Source of the DNA: Planctomycetota bacterium
Lineage (GTDB): Bacteria; Planctomycetota; GCA-002687715; CAIWVZ01
NCBI GenBank assembly: GCA_044222185.1
Contig: JBGANV010000007.1
Span: forward strand, 224,001-288,000
Length of the DNA stretch: 64,000 bases
Reading direction: 5' to 3'
Shown here: in pieces, positions 46,884 to 56,600 of the stretch
Numbering within the stretch: position 1 is the first letter of the stretch
Layout: the number at the start of each line of letters is the position of its first letter
Position numbers and translations under genes: made by a program
Notes under the pieces: model-generated
Told to the model about the DNA's origin: nothing
What the model saw: only the letters and a program-made list of their open reading frames with translations
Database searches by the model: none

Positions 46884-47930
46884 TTAGAGGTCCTGGAACG
46901 TGAGTGCTCCCGCGGTTCCGAACACGACCACGGGGATCCACGCGGCGAGGCCCGGGCTCAAGAGTCCGTCGCGCTCGGCGAGCCCATGAATCAGGTTCTC
47001 GGCGCCGAAGTAGAGGACGGACACGAGCAGGCATACTCCGCATGCCGCGTAGACGTTCTGCTGGTCGCGCTTCAGCACGATCGGCAAGCCGAGCAGCAAC
47101 AAGACGACGGTCACGAACGGGTAGGTGACGCGCGTCTGGCGAATGAGCTGCAAGTCCAGCCGATCCGGCATGCGACGAAGCAGGTCCGAGAGCTCGGCCG
47201 CGCCCAGGAAGCGCAATCCCCGGGACTCGATCTCGATGTCGAACGGACGCAGGTTCGTCCCTCCCGGGAGCGACAGCGAGCCGCGCACGGGGCTTTGCGG
47301 ATACCAACCTGGCCCCTGCGCTCCGTCATCTCGGTACTGCAACGTCTCCACGTCCGTGATGTCGTTGAGGTCGTCGGAGCGGAACTCCACGTCGTGGGCG
47401 GTTCGACTCGACGGCTCGTAACTCCGGATGGAGATGCGCAGGCCGCGATCGTCCCGAACGAGGAACGGCCCATCCATGACGTCTTCCGTCTTGCCGCGCA
47501 CCAGGCGATCCATCTGGTGGGCTTGGACGGAGATCCGTGGCAGGACCTCGGTGCGGATGAGCGTCAGGCCGAGTGACACGAGTGCGCCGCAGGCGAGGAT
47601 CGGCAGCATGATGCGGTGGAGCGAGACTCCGGCCACCTGCGCCGCGGTGATCTCCACGTCCTTCGTCATCCGCTGGACGGTCCACATCCCGGCCAGGAGC
47701 GCGCCGAACGGCCCGAGCTTCGTGAGGATGAACGGCATCATCAGCGCATAGAACCGGCAGAGTCCCGTGAACAGGTTCATGCCGCGTTGAGAGAGCACGC
47801 GCGACGCATCGCCCAGCTCGCCCAGGTGCGCGAACAGATGCACGGACATGTAGACGCACAGGAGGAAGCAGTACGCGACCCCGATCGACACGATGAAATG
47901 CCGGGCGATGTAGCGGTCGAGGATCTTCAC
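46884..47930 (-). CDS. lptG: LptF/LptG family permease (LptG)
   Basis: VKILDRYIARHF, EITAAQVAGVSLHRI..P and LSPGLAAWIP. GTGA overlap with the lptF stop. Confidence 0.88.
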   Translation of the reverse strand: MKILDRYIARHFIVSIGVAYCFLLCVYMSVHLFAHLGELGDASRVLSQRGMNLFTGLCRFYALMMPFILTKLGPFGALLAGMWTVQRMTKDVEITAAQVAGVSLHRIMLPILACGALVSLGLTLIRTEVLPRISVQAHQMDRLVRGKTEDVMDGPFLVRDDRGLRISIRSYEPSSRTAHDVEFRSDDLNDITDVETLQYRDDGAQGPGWYPQSPVRGSLSLPGGTNLRPFDIEIESRGLRFLGAAELSDLLRRMPDRLDLQLIRQTRVTYPFVTVVLLLLGLPIVLKRDQQNVYAACGVCLLVSVLYFGAENLIHGLAERDGLLSPGLAAWIPVVVFGTAGALTFQDL

Positions 47931-49009
47931 GTGCGAAACGCCTTCCGCAGCACCGACGCAGCGACGATGGTCAGGAGGATGTTGGGAATCTGGAGCGAGA
48001 TCCATGCGGGGATCGCGCCCTTCTCGGCGAAGTTCTTGAACATCGCCAGGAGCGGCCAATAGCACAGGGCGACGATCAAGAGCCCGGTGAGGAACACCAG
48101 GGCCCGGTTGCGCAATCGCAGCGTCACCCCGAGCGGAGCCCCGAGCAGCCCGAAAAGGAGCGGCGAGATCGACATCGCCAGGCGAAAGTTGTACTCCGCC
48201 AGCGCCCGATGTCGTCGGTTGGCGCGATCCGTCAGGTGCGCATCGGTGAGGAGATTCTCATAGGAGAGGTCCTCCACGGCGCGGCGTGGGGGCGTTGCGG
48301 CCAGGATGCGCAGGTCGACGGGAACCGCGAGCCGATCGACGGAGCTGAAGTGGCCGTTCTCGTGCCGCGTCACCTCCTCGAGTTCGAGGACCATGCGTGG
48401 ACTGTCGGGATCGACGACGGGCCGGGCGTGCGACGCGCGCGTCCAGCTGATCGGCTTGCCCTTGCGGTATTGCACGTACTCGATCTCGCGCAGGATCATG
48501 TTGCCGTCACGGTCCGACGCCACGCTCCGCCACGTGAAGATGAAGTTGCCGAAGTTGATCTGGCGATCGTTGCGCTTCAACAGTTGGGCCGCGTTCGAGA
48601 GGACCGACTCGTCGACGCGACGTGACAGATAATGCGCTTCGGGCATCAACCGATCCTGGCAGGCCGCGAGCAGAAGTCCCACGACCGCGCCGACGAGCAC
48701 CCCCGGGACGAGCGGCTGCCATGGATGCACCCCGCCCGTCGTGGCCGCGGCGATCTCTCCGTCCTGCGACGCCCGTCCGTAGGTGAAGATGCACGTGGTG
48801 AGGACGGTCAGCGGCAGCGTGAGGTACGACGTGTACGCCAGGAGCAGCGACACGTATCGCAGCACGGCGATCATCGGCATGTTCTCGTAGTTCGCCTTGT
48901 CGACCTGGAGCGACACCGCGCCCAGGAAGAAGATCGAGAACACCGTGATGAGGCTCACGACGGCGTTGAGCAGCAACTCGCGGAGAAGATAGCGGTGGAT
49001 GAGCTTCAA
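47927..49009 (-). CDS. lptF: LptF/LptG family permease (LptF)
   Basis: KLIHRYLLREL, YGRASQDGEIAA..GG, LLGAPLG and IPNI. TTG start. Confidence 0.88.
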   Translation of the reverse strand: MKLIHRYLLRELLLNAVVSLITVFSIFFLGAVSLQVDKANYENMPMIAVLRYVSLLLAYTSYLTLPLTVLTTCIFTYGRASQDGEIAAATTGGVHPWQPLVPGVLVGAVVGLLLAACQDRLMPEAHYLSRRVDESVLSNAAQLLKRNDRQINFGNFIFTWRSVASDRDGNMILREIEYVQYRKGKPISWTRASHARPVVDPDSPRMVLELEEVTRHENGHFSSVDRLAVPVDLRILAATPPRRAVEDLSYENLLTDAHLTDRANRRHRALAEYNFRLAMSISPLLFGLLGAPLGVTLRLRNRALVFLTGLLIVALCYWPLLAMFKNFAEKGAIPAWISLQIPNILLTIVAASVLRKAFRT

Positions 49010-49081
49010 TGTGGGAACGCCGGCCGGGCGCAGCGACGGTAACCGCCGTCGTCGCTGCGGACGACCCGAGCGAGATCTGCC

Positions 49082-51133
49082 TCAGGGAGTGATCGCGACG
49101 GTCGAGCGACCGCGTTTGGGTTGGTCCGAGTCGAGGACCGTGGCGTTGTCGGACTCCGTCGTGCCGGCGCGCCGACGCGTGCGGACCGCGAACGTGAGCC
49201 CATCCCTGCGCGGGTCCTCGGAGCGCGCCGCGGTCGAGATCACGAGGACGGAGCCCGCGGGCGGGGGCACCAGGTCCTCCGAGTTCCCGTCGAGGCGCGT
49301 CGAGCCGCGAAACAGGACGACCGAGGCCTGCTGTCCGGGCGTGGCCCGAGCGTCACATTCCCAGAACGACTCCATCGCCACGACGTCCCCGGGATGCGTG
49401 GAAGTCCTGACACCCACGAGCCGCCATCCGTTGTCCCAGGAGACCTTCACCCGACGCACGGAAGGCTCGTCCACCACGCGCCGTGGTTGGATGGCCAGTT
49501 GCTCCCACGGACGCCAGATGGCGACGAGCGACACCTTCGACACCGGCGTCACGGCGTCCTCGGACAGGACCGCGTGGGGGATTCGGAGCGCAGTCAGCGC
49601 AGCGACCGCGGTCTGGAGCGCGAAGCGCCGCTCATCCAGGATGAGGTAATCGACGTCCGCGAGTGCCGCGAGGACCTTCGCCGGGTCGACACCACGTACG
49701 TCGGGCAAGGTCCGCCAATCGAGACGCCGGCCCTCGCGCATGGCGGCGAACTCGACGTTCGGCTGAAACACGTACGGGTGCGGGTCGGTGCGACTGGATT
49801 CTGCGACGTGCGGCACGGGGCGTCGCGCCGTCGCGAGGATCTTGTGGGCGTATTCGGCGACGGGCCAGGCCTCCGGCACCCTCGTTCCGCGGCCTCCGAC
49901 CTCACGGGCGAATTCGCCGACCCAGATGTCGAGCTCGGGGATCAACGCGAGGTCGCCGATCCGCCCCAGCGGCCGGTCATCCTCGAGGGGCCGGTAGATC
50001 ATCACGGCGTTGACGATCGCCGTGGCCAGGAGCGCGCCGATCACCGAGCGGCGCGCGGCGGATGGCCGCATCGCTGCCACGGCGCAGCCGAGGAGGGTCA
50101 TGGCGAGGGGGGCCAGGTTCACCACGTAGGCGCTCTTGGCCGCGACCTGCCCGAGCGTCAGCACGACGTCGATCGACACCACGGTCGTGACGAACAGTCC
50201 CGCGTTCGCCGCCGATCCGCCGCGGCGCAGCCTCCAGACCAAGGCCGCCATCACCGCGGCCGAGAGGATGAACCCCAGCCCGGACTGAGCGAAATGCATG
50301 GGGTAGTAGGCCCATCGCTCGAAGGAATCGAACGACACCCCCTTCGAGAACTGGGTCTGGCCCTCGGCTCCGACGACCTGCGAGGCGTAGGCCATCGCCT
50401 TGCCGAAGTGCGCGAGGTACCAGGGCGAGACGACGGCTCCCGCGGCGAGCAGGCCGATGAGCGCATTGCGCAGCACCGCTGACCTCGACGGAGCCGTGCG
50501 CAGCCCGATCACGAGCGCGGCGATGGTCGCGCCGCCGAGATAGATCGGGGCGATCTGCTTGGCCAGCGTCGCGAGTCCCGCCAGCAGCCCGAACGCCAGC
50601 GTCCACGTGAACGACGCGAGGAACCGGGACCGGACGAGGGCATCCAGCGCCCACACGACGAGGGCTGCCATGGGGGCGTGCGGGTAGAACGCGCGGAACG
50701 TGAGGGCCGCGACGGGGCAGCACGCCGTCAGCGCCGCGACGCCGACCGCGGGGCCGCCTTGGAGGAAGTTGCGCGCGAATCGGAACGTCCCGACCACGAA
50801 CAACCCGCTGAAGAGGGCCAGGGTCACCGCGATCGATTCGGGCGTCACGTCGCCAAAGGGCAGCGCGCACAGCGCGGCCGTCATGTGCATCAGGGGCGGA
50901 TGCGCGTGGTCGTGGGCCAGTCCCGCGCGGATCCAGCCGCCGACCCCGTCCGTCGCCAGGGCGTCGAAAATCGGAGCGGTGTTCAACCGGTGCCACGCCG
51001 CATCCGTCGTCAGCGGGCGCTCGAAGAACCCGTTCGTGCGCATCCACCAAAGCTGGATGCCCACGTGGGCGAAGACGAGCAGTCCGAGCAACCCCGCGGT
51101 GCGGCGGGCGGATGCGGCGGACGTCCCGATCAC
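49082..51133 (-). CDS. GT-C fold (ArnT/PMT_2-like) integral membrane glycosyltransferase
   Basis: N-terminal TM followed by D...H, HPPL, GL..GLA.LAK and PWY, with many TM helices. The GTG start overlaps the GT2 stop. Confidence 0.75.
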   Translation of the reverse strand: MIGTSAASARRTAGLLGLLVFAHVGIQLWWMRTNGFFERPLTTDAAWHRLNTAPIFDALATDGVGGWIRAGLAHDHAHPPLMHMTAALCALPFGDVTPESIAVTLALFSGLFVVGTFRFARNFLQGGPAVGVAALTACCPVAALTFRAFYPHAPMAALVVWALDALVRSRFLASFTWTLAFGLLAGLATLAKQIAPIYLGGATIAALVIGLRTAPSRSAVLRNALIGLLAAGAVVSPWYLAHFGKAMAYASQVVGAEGQTQFSKGVSFDSFERWAYYPMHFAQSGLGFILSAAVMAALVWRLRRGGSAANAGLFVTTVVSIDVVLTLGQVAAKSAYVVNLAPLAMTLLGCAVAAMRPSAARRSVIGALLATAIVNAVMIYRPLEDDRPLGRIGDLALIPELDIWVGEFAREVGGRGTRVPEAWPVAEYAHKILATARRPVPHVAESSRTDPHPYVFQPNVEFAAMREGRRLDWRTLPDVRGVDPAKVLAALADVDYLILDERRFALQTAVAALTALRIPHAVLSEDAVTPVSKVSLVAIWRPWEQLAIQPRRVVDEPSVRRVKVSWDNGWRLVGVRTSTHPGDVVAMESFWECDARATPGQQASVVLFRGSTRLDGNSEDLVPPPAGSVLVISTAARSEDPRRDGLTFAVRTRRRAGTTESDNATVLDSDQPKRGRSTVAITP

Positions 51134-51942
51134 CGCGCTTGGGGTTCCCGGACTTCGGTGTCGATCAGGTCGATGGGTTGGAACTCGGGGTTCCAATACT
51201 GCTGCGCCGCGATCGCAGCGACGGCTGGCGTGTCGTACTCACCGCGACCGTAGCGAAGCCGGATCTTCACCAGGCTCCAGAACATGTCCCACGCGTGGGC
51301 CACGCGCACCGTGCTCGCCCCCTGGTTCTGGAGACGGACTGGGATCCGTTTGATCTCCAGCTTGTTCTTCATGCTCACGTAGAGCAGCTCCACGTCGCCT
51401 GCGAAACCCTTCTCCTTGATCACGTCGAAGAGCGCATCGGCCACGTCACCGCGGAACGCTTTCAAGCCGCACTGCGTGTCCTCGAGGTCGCCGGTGACGA
51501 TGTGTCGGACGAATTGCGTGAAGAGCCATGTTGCGGCGTAGCGGACGGCGCCGAGCTTGCTGCGGTAGACGCTCTCCTTCATGGTCCGGTCACCGATCAC
51601 CACGTGGATGCCGCGCCGGTTCACGAGCCAGCAGATGTATGGGATCGCCGTCAGCTCGAACGGGACGTCGGCGTCCGTGAACATGCGACAGCGCCCCCGG
51701 GCGTGCCGCATGCCGGCGGTGATCGCCCCGAACTTCCCCTGATGTGGGACGCCGAGGATCGGCCGGTAGCGGGGAAGGCTCAGCGAGCTCAGGACCGCGG
51801 CAGTGTCGTCGTCGGATCCGTCATCGACGGCGAGGATCTCGTAGCTGAGATCCGTCGTCGCGAGGTACGACGAAAGGTAGGTGAGGCGGTCCGCGATGAA
51901 CCGCCCACCCCGATACACCGGGATGACGATCGATAGTTCCAT
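51130..51942 (-). CDS. GT2 polyprenyl-phosphate glycosyltransferase (DPM/DPG synthase-like)
   Basis: LSIVIPVY, VDDGSDD, GKFGA, FTDAD, DTQCGLKAFR and DVELL. Confidence 0.92.
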   Translation of the reverse strand: MELSIVIPVYRGGRFIADRLTYLSSYLATTDLSYEILAVDDGSDDDTAAVLSSLSLPRYRPILGVPHQGKFGAITAGMRHARGRCRMFTDADVPFELTAIPYICWLVNRRGIHVVIGDRTMKESVYRSKLGAVRYAATWLFTQFVRHIVTGDLEDTQCGLKAFRGDVADALFDVIKEKGFAGDVELLYVSMKNKLEIKRIPVRLQNQGASTVRVAHAWDMFWSLVKIRLRYGRGEYDTPAVAAIAAQQYWNPEFQPIDLIDTEVREPQAR

Positions 51943-52184
51943 GGCACAGGCAGGGGAATGCCTTCGCTCACAAGTTGGGCCTGGAGTCTATCGTCCAGCC
52001 GATCTCCGTGCCAATGACGCGGCATTGAGCGGAACCTGACGTCCCGTGGGAGATCGCGCGCAGGTTTTTTCGAGACTCCCGCGACCGTCGGGCGCGCCGC
52101 ACCACCGTGGGATTCGGCGGGTAGTGTTGTAGAGTCCGCGCCCGCTGCGGGATCCGCACCGTGAACCCCACCACATCCCACGCC

Positions 52185-53015
52185 ATGAAACTCGTCGTCC
52201 ACGCGGACGATCTCGGACTGAACTCCGTCGTGAACCGGGGGATTCTCCGGGGGCACCGCGAGGGAATCGTCTCGTCGACGTCGTTCCTGGCGAACTTCCC
52301 CACGAGTCCTGAGGGCGCGGAGATGGCCCGGGCCACGCCGACGCTGGAGGTGGGGCTCCATCTGAACTTCACCGAGGGCGTTCCATTGACGGCCGGGCGC
52401 TCGCTCGTGGGCGCCGATGGGCAGTTCCGCCGCCGGACGGCTCAGATGATCGCCCTGATCTTCGGGCGGCTGAATGAGGCTGAGGTCGTCGCCGAGGGAG
52501 AAGCTCAGTTTGCCCGAGCACGTGCGCTGGGACTTTCCCTGACCCACGTCGATGGCCACGAGCACATCCACCTGTTCGGCGTGGTCCGGAAGTTCGCCGC
52601 TGCTCTCGCGCGTCGCGAAGGCCTCGTATTGCGTCGGCCTCAGGAACCGGGATTGCGGGGCCTGGACGGCAACGGGACCTACTTCGTGCGTCGCTCGATC
52701 CTGAACCTGCTCTCGAGCGGGAGCACCTGGAGCGGGCTCCCCCACGCGACGACGATGGTCGACCTCACGGGACCGTGCCGCGGCCGTTCCGCCGACTGGG
52801 TGCTCGCCCGCCTCGCCGGCGAGTCCGGCGTCGTCGAAATGATGTGTCACCCGGGAGAGGCTGGGGGGCCCGCCCACGACCCGCTCCGCGTCCGGCGAGC
52901 GGAGGAACTCGCGATACTCACCACTCCCGGCATGCGCGAGCGGCTCACCGCTGCTGGAATCGAACTCACGACGCTGCGCGCGTCGCTGCTCTCCGATCGA
53001 AGGACATCCGCATGA
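52185..53015 (+). CDS. YdjC/ChbG/HpnK family carbohydrate deacetylase
   Basis: HADDLG, VGLHLNFTEG, HVDGHEHIH, EMMCHPG and R..EL..L. Confidence 0.92.
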   Translation: MKLVVHADDLGLNSVVNRGILRGHREGIVSSTSFLANFPTSPEGAEMARATPTLEVGLHLNFTEGVPLTAGRSLVGADGQFRRRTAQMIALIFGRLNEAEVVAEGEAQFARARALGLSLTHVDGHEHIHLFGVVRKFAAALARREGLVLRRPQEPGLRGLDGNGTYFVRRSILNLLSSGSTWSGLPHATTMVDLTGPCRGRSADWVLARLAGESGVVEMMCHPGEAGGPAHDPLRVRRAEELAILTTPGMRERLTAAGIELTTLRASLLSDRRTSA

Positions 53016-53656
53016 GTCACCCGGCCCTGGTGCGCGCCGTCCGCCAATTCGAGAACGCGTCGCCGGACGTGCGCCGTCACGTGAAGATCCGCAACGCGCT
53101 CTCGCGGCTCGAAGCCGTAGAGGAGCATGTCGCGAAGTCCGGTGACGTACTCGAAATCGGGTGCGGGCACGGCCTCTTCTCCTACTTCCTCGCATTTGCG
53201 TCGCCCGATCGGCGCGTGCTCGGCGTCGACATTGATCCCCGCAAGATCGAGGCTGCCAAGGCCGTCGTCGACGGTGTGCCGAACGTCCGCTTCGAGATGG
53301 GCGATGCGTTGAAGCCGCCGGCAGGCCCCTTCGACGGAGCCGTCGTCGTCGACGTGCTCTATCTCCTCGATGAAGCGGGACAGGCCGCGGCCGTTGCCGC
53401 CACGCGCAAGGTGATGAAGCCGGGTGCCTGGTTCGTGTGGAAGTCGCAGGAAAACAAGCCGGCGTGGAAGTACGCACTCACCAAGGGCCAGGAGTGGCTC
53501 GCCACGCGCCTCGGCCTCACGGCCGGCAGCTCGCTCACGTTCCTCTCACGCGAGCGGGCCACCGACATCATGAAGGCCGCAGGCTTCCAGGAGATCCGCG
53601 CCATTCCCATGACCGGACGCCTGTACACCGACGTCACCTACCTCGCCCGGGCGTAG
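53012..53656 (+). CDS. Class I SAM-dependent methyltransferase
   Basis: VLEIGCGHG, VLGVDID and DVLY. ATGA overlap with the deacetylase stop. Confidence 0.9.
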   Translation: MSHPALVRAVRQFENASPDVRRHVKIRNALSRLEAVEEHVAKSGDVLEIGCGHGLFSYFLAFASPDRRVLGVDIDPRKIEAAKAVVDGVPNVRFEMGDALKPPAGPFDGAVVVDVLYLLDEAGQAAAVAATRKVMKPGAWFVWKSQENKPAWKYALTKGQEWLATRLGLTAGSSLTFLSRERATDIMKAAGFQEIRAIPMTGRLYTDVTYLARA

Positions 53657-53659
53657 CCA

Positions 53660-56600
53660 TCACAGACTCAGCGGGAATCGCGCCCACGTGAGTCGCACGC
53701 CGAGCGGCGACGTGGGGTCGAGGAACACGCCTTGCAGCGTCACGTCGAGTCCGATGGGTGGATTCGGGCGAGTGAAGATCGGCGGGAGGATGAACTCGCC
53801 GCCGTTCGTCAGCGTCGCCCCGCTCGGCGGCCCAAAGAACCCAAAGCCTTCGACCAGCGGGATGAATGGCGCCCCGGTCCCTACGAGCGGGCCGACGGAC
53901 AGGACCATGTTCGTCGTCGCATCGGGGAACGGAGCGAGCGGCGGGTAATTCCCGGCGTCGGCGTAGAGCGAGAAGAGCCCATCGATGCAGTTCTCGAGCG
54001 CGATGCCGAACGTTTCGCCCGGGGCCGGCACGAGAGGCGTGAGCCGGATGGTGCCTCGGTTCGCCGTCGCCGTCCCGACGGTCAACGCCCAGGCGCTCGA
54101 CACGGCGAGCGGTGTCGCGGCGCCGTTCTGGACCGAGAGCGCGATCCCGCCCGGCCGCAACGTGGCCGGCACCCCCGGTCCGAGCGTGCACGTGAGCCGC
54201 GACGGATCGACGAAGGTCGTCGACAACGGCGTGCCGTCCGCGACGACGAAGGACGTGGCGCTGAAGCTCGAGCCCGCGGCGTCGATGGTCAGCGCGATCG
54301 CGGGTGATGCGGGCGTCTGGATCGGGATCGACGTCGGTGTCACCGCGACGATGCGTGCCCGCACCACCGCGAAAGTGATCGGGGGCGACGTCTGGCTGCC
54401 CTGCGAATCGAAGACCGTGACGACGTGAGTGCCCGGCGCATCCACGAGGTTGGCTGCGATGGTCGTCGTGAGGGACGCTGGCGTTCCTGGCGATCCCGCG
54501 ACGAACGTCGTCGGGAGCGGAGTTCCGTCCCATTGGACGATCGACACGGCCGTGAACGCGGACCCCAACACGGAGAGGGCGAAACCTGAGAGACCGGCTA
54601 CGACCGATGGCGGCACGAGTGCGGTCACGACCGGACCGGAAGGCGTCACGACGAACCCCGCAGTGTTGGAGTCGCCCCCACCGGGAGCCGGCGTGTGGAT
54701 GGTGACGAGTGCCGGTCCGCTCGAGACGAAGTGGCTGGCGGGGATCGTCGCGGTGAGCGCCGATGCGGAGACGTAGATCGTCGGGAGCGCGACACCGTTC
54801 CACTGCACGAGCGATCCGGGGACGAACCCTGCGCCGGACACTCCGAGCGCGGTTGCGGCGGAGCCGACCGGCGCGGAGCCCGGTGTGATCGCCGTCAGCA
54901 CAGGGCTCGGATTCGCCGAAGTGAAGGTGACCGGCGCCGAGAGGCCGCCGCCGGGACTCGGGTTGAACACCGTCACCTGATGAATCCCCACCCCAGCGAG
55001 GGCTGAGGCCGGCGGAACGAACGTCAGGACTCCGTTCGCGCCGAACGTGGACGGCACCGTCACCCCGTCGAAACGGACGCTCGCGTTCGGCGAGAGCCCG
55101 GTTCCCGCAACCATGACGGTCGGCGCCGCCGACCCGACCACGGCGCTGTCCGGCGTCAGCGACTCGATCACGGGAGTCGGGAACTCGACGGCGACCGCGA
55201 GCGTCGCGGATGTTCCGCCGCCGGGCCCGGGCGTCGTGACACGGACCGTGGAGCTCGCTGCGGCGGCGTTGATGACCGACTCGTCGAGAGTGGCGACCAG
55301 CGTCGCTCCATCCACGTACGTCGTCGGCAAACTCGTGCTGTTGTTCCACAGCACGGTGGAATTCGGGAGGAAGCCCGTGCCGCCGACCGTCAGACTCCAT
55401 GCCGACGAATACCGCACGACCAGGGCCGGGTTGACGGATGCGACGGTGGGGGCCGGCGCGGCGACCGTGACGGGCACGAACGCCGTCTGTCCGCCGCCTG
55501 GTGCCGGGTTGAAGACGCTCACCAGGCGCGAGCCCTGAGGCGTGAGGCTCGCGGCCGGAATCGTTGCCGTCAGGGTGGTCGCGTTCACGAAGGTCGTGGG
55601 AACCGCGGCTCCCTGCCATCGCACCACCGACGTGTCGAAGAAGCCCGTACCCGTTGCCGTGATGATCGACTGTCCCGCTCCGGCGACGACGCTCGACGGC
55701 GAGACTGATGCGAGCGTCGGCGCCGGGTACAGGACTGCAACGCCGAACGTGCCCTGGTTCGTGCCGCCGCCTGGCGCCGGATTGAACACGGTGATGATGG
55801 CGCTTCCCGGCGTTGCCAGGAGCGCCGCGGGAAGAACGGCCGTGAGCGAAGTCGCGCTGACGTACGTCGTCGCGAGGTCAACTCCATTCCATCGCACGAC
55901 GCTCGCGGGATAGAAGCCGCCCAGGCCCGACACGGTGAGGGTCGTCTGCGGAGCCCCCGCCAGGACGGATGCCGGCGAGAGGCTCGTCGGCACGGGAAGC
56001 GGGTAGCTGACGGTGAACGTCGACGGAGTCGACGTACCGCCACCGGGCGTCGGGTTGAAGATCGAGACGGCGACGGCGCCAGGTGTCGTCGTGTTGGCGG
56101 CTGCGATGGATGCCGTGAGCGTCGTCGCGTTGACGAAAGTCGTCGGCATGGCGACGCCGTTCCATCGGACGATCGACGTGGTGACGAAGCCCGATCCGGT
56201 CGCTGTGAGCGTGAACGCAGCCGAGCCCGCGCTGCGCACGGCGGGCGAGAGCGTCTGGAGTGTCGGGGCGGGTGCGGAGACGTCGAACGACATCGGCGCC
56301 GACAGGCCGCCGCCGGGGGTCGGGTTGAGCGCCGTCAGGGCGGCCGTCCCGGGGTTCACCAGGTTCGCCGCGGGGATCGTCGCTGTCAGCGCGGTGGAGC
56401 TCACGAACGTCGTAGCGAGATCCGTTCCGTTCCAGCGGACGACCGTCGCTGGGAAGAACCCGCCTCCCGTCAGCGTGATGGTCGTCGCCGGGCTTGCCGC
56501 GAGCACCGTGGTCGGCGCAACCGACGAGAGCGTGGCGACGGGATAGGCAATCGTCAACGTGACCGCCGACGATGTGCCGCCGCCGGGGGTGGGGTTGAGG

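Noticed and set aside
51997-52014. sigma54-like TTGGCACGGAGATCGGC upstream of the GT2 gene
   Set aside because: The spacing is GG-N11-GC and TTGC is missing, so it does not meet the strict -24/-12 geometry.
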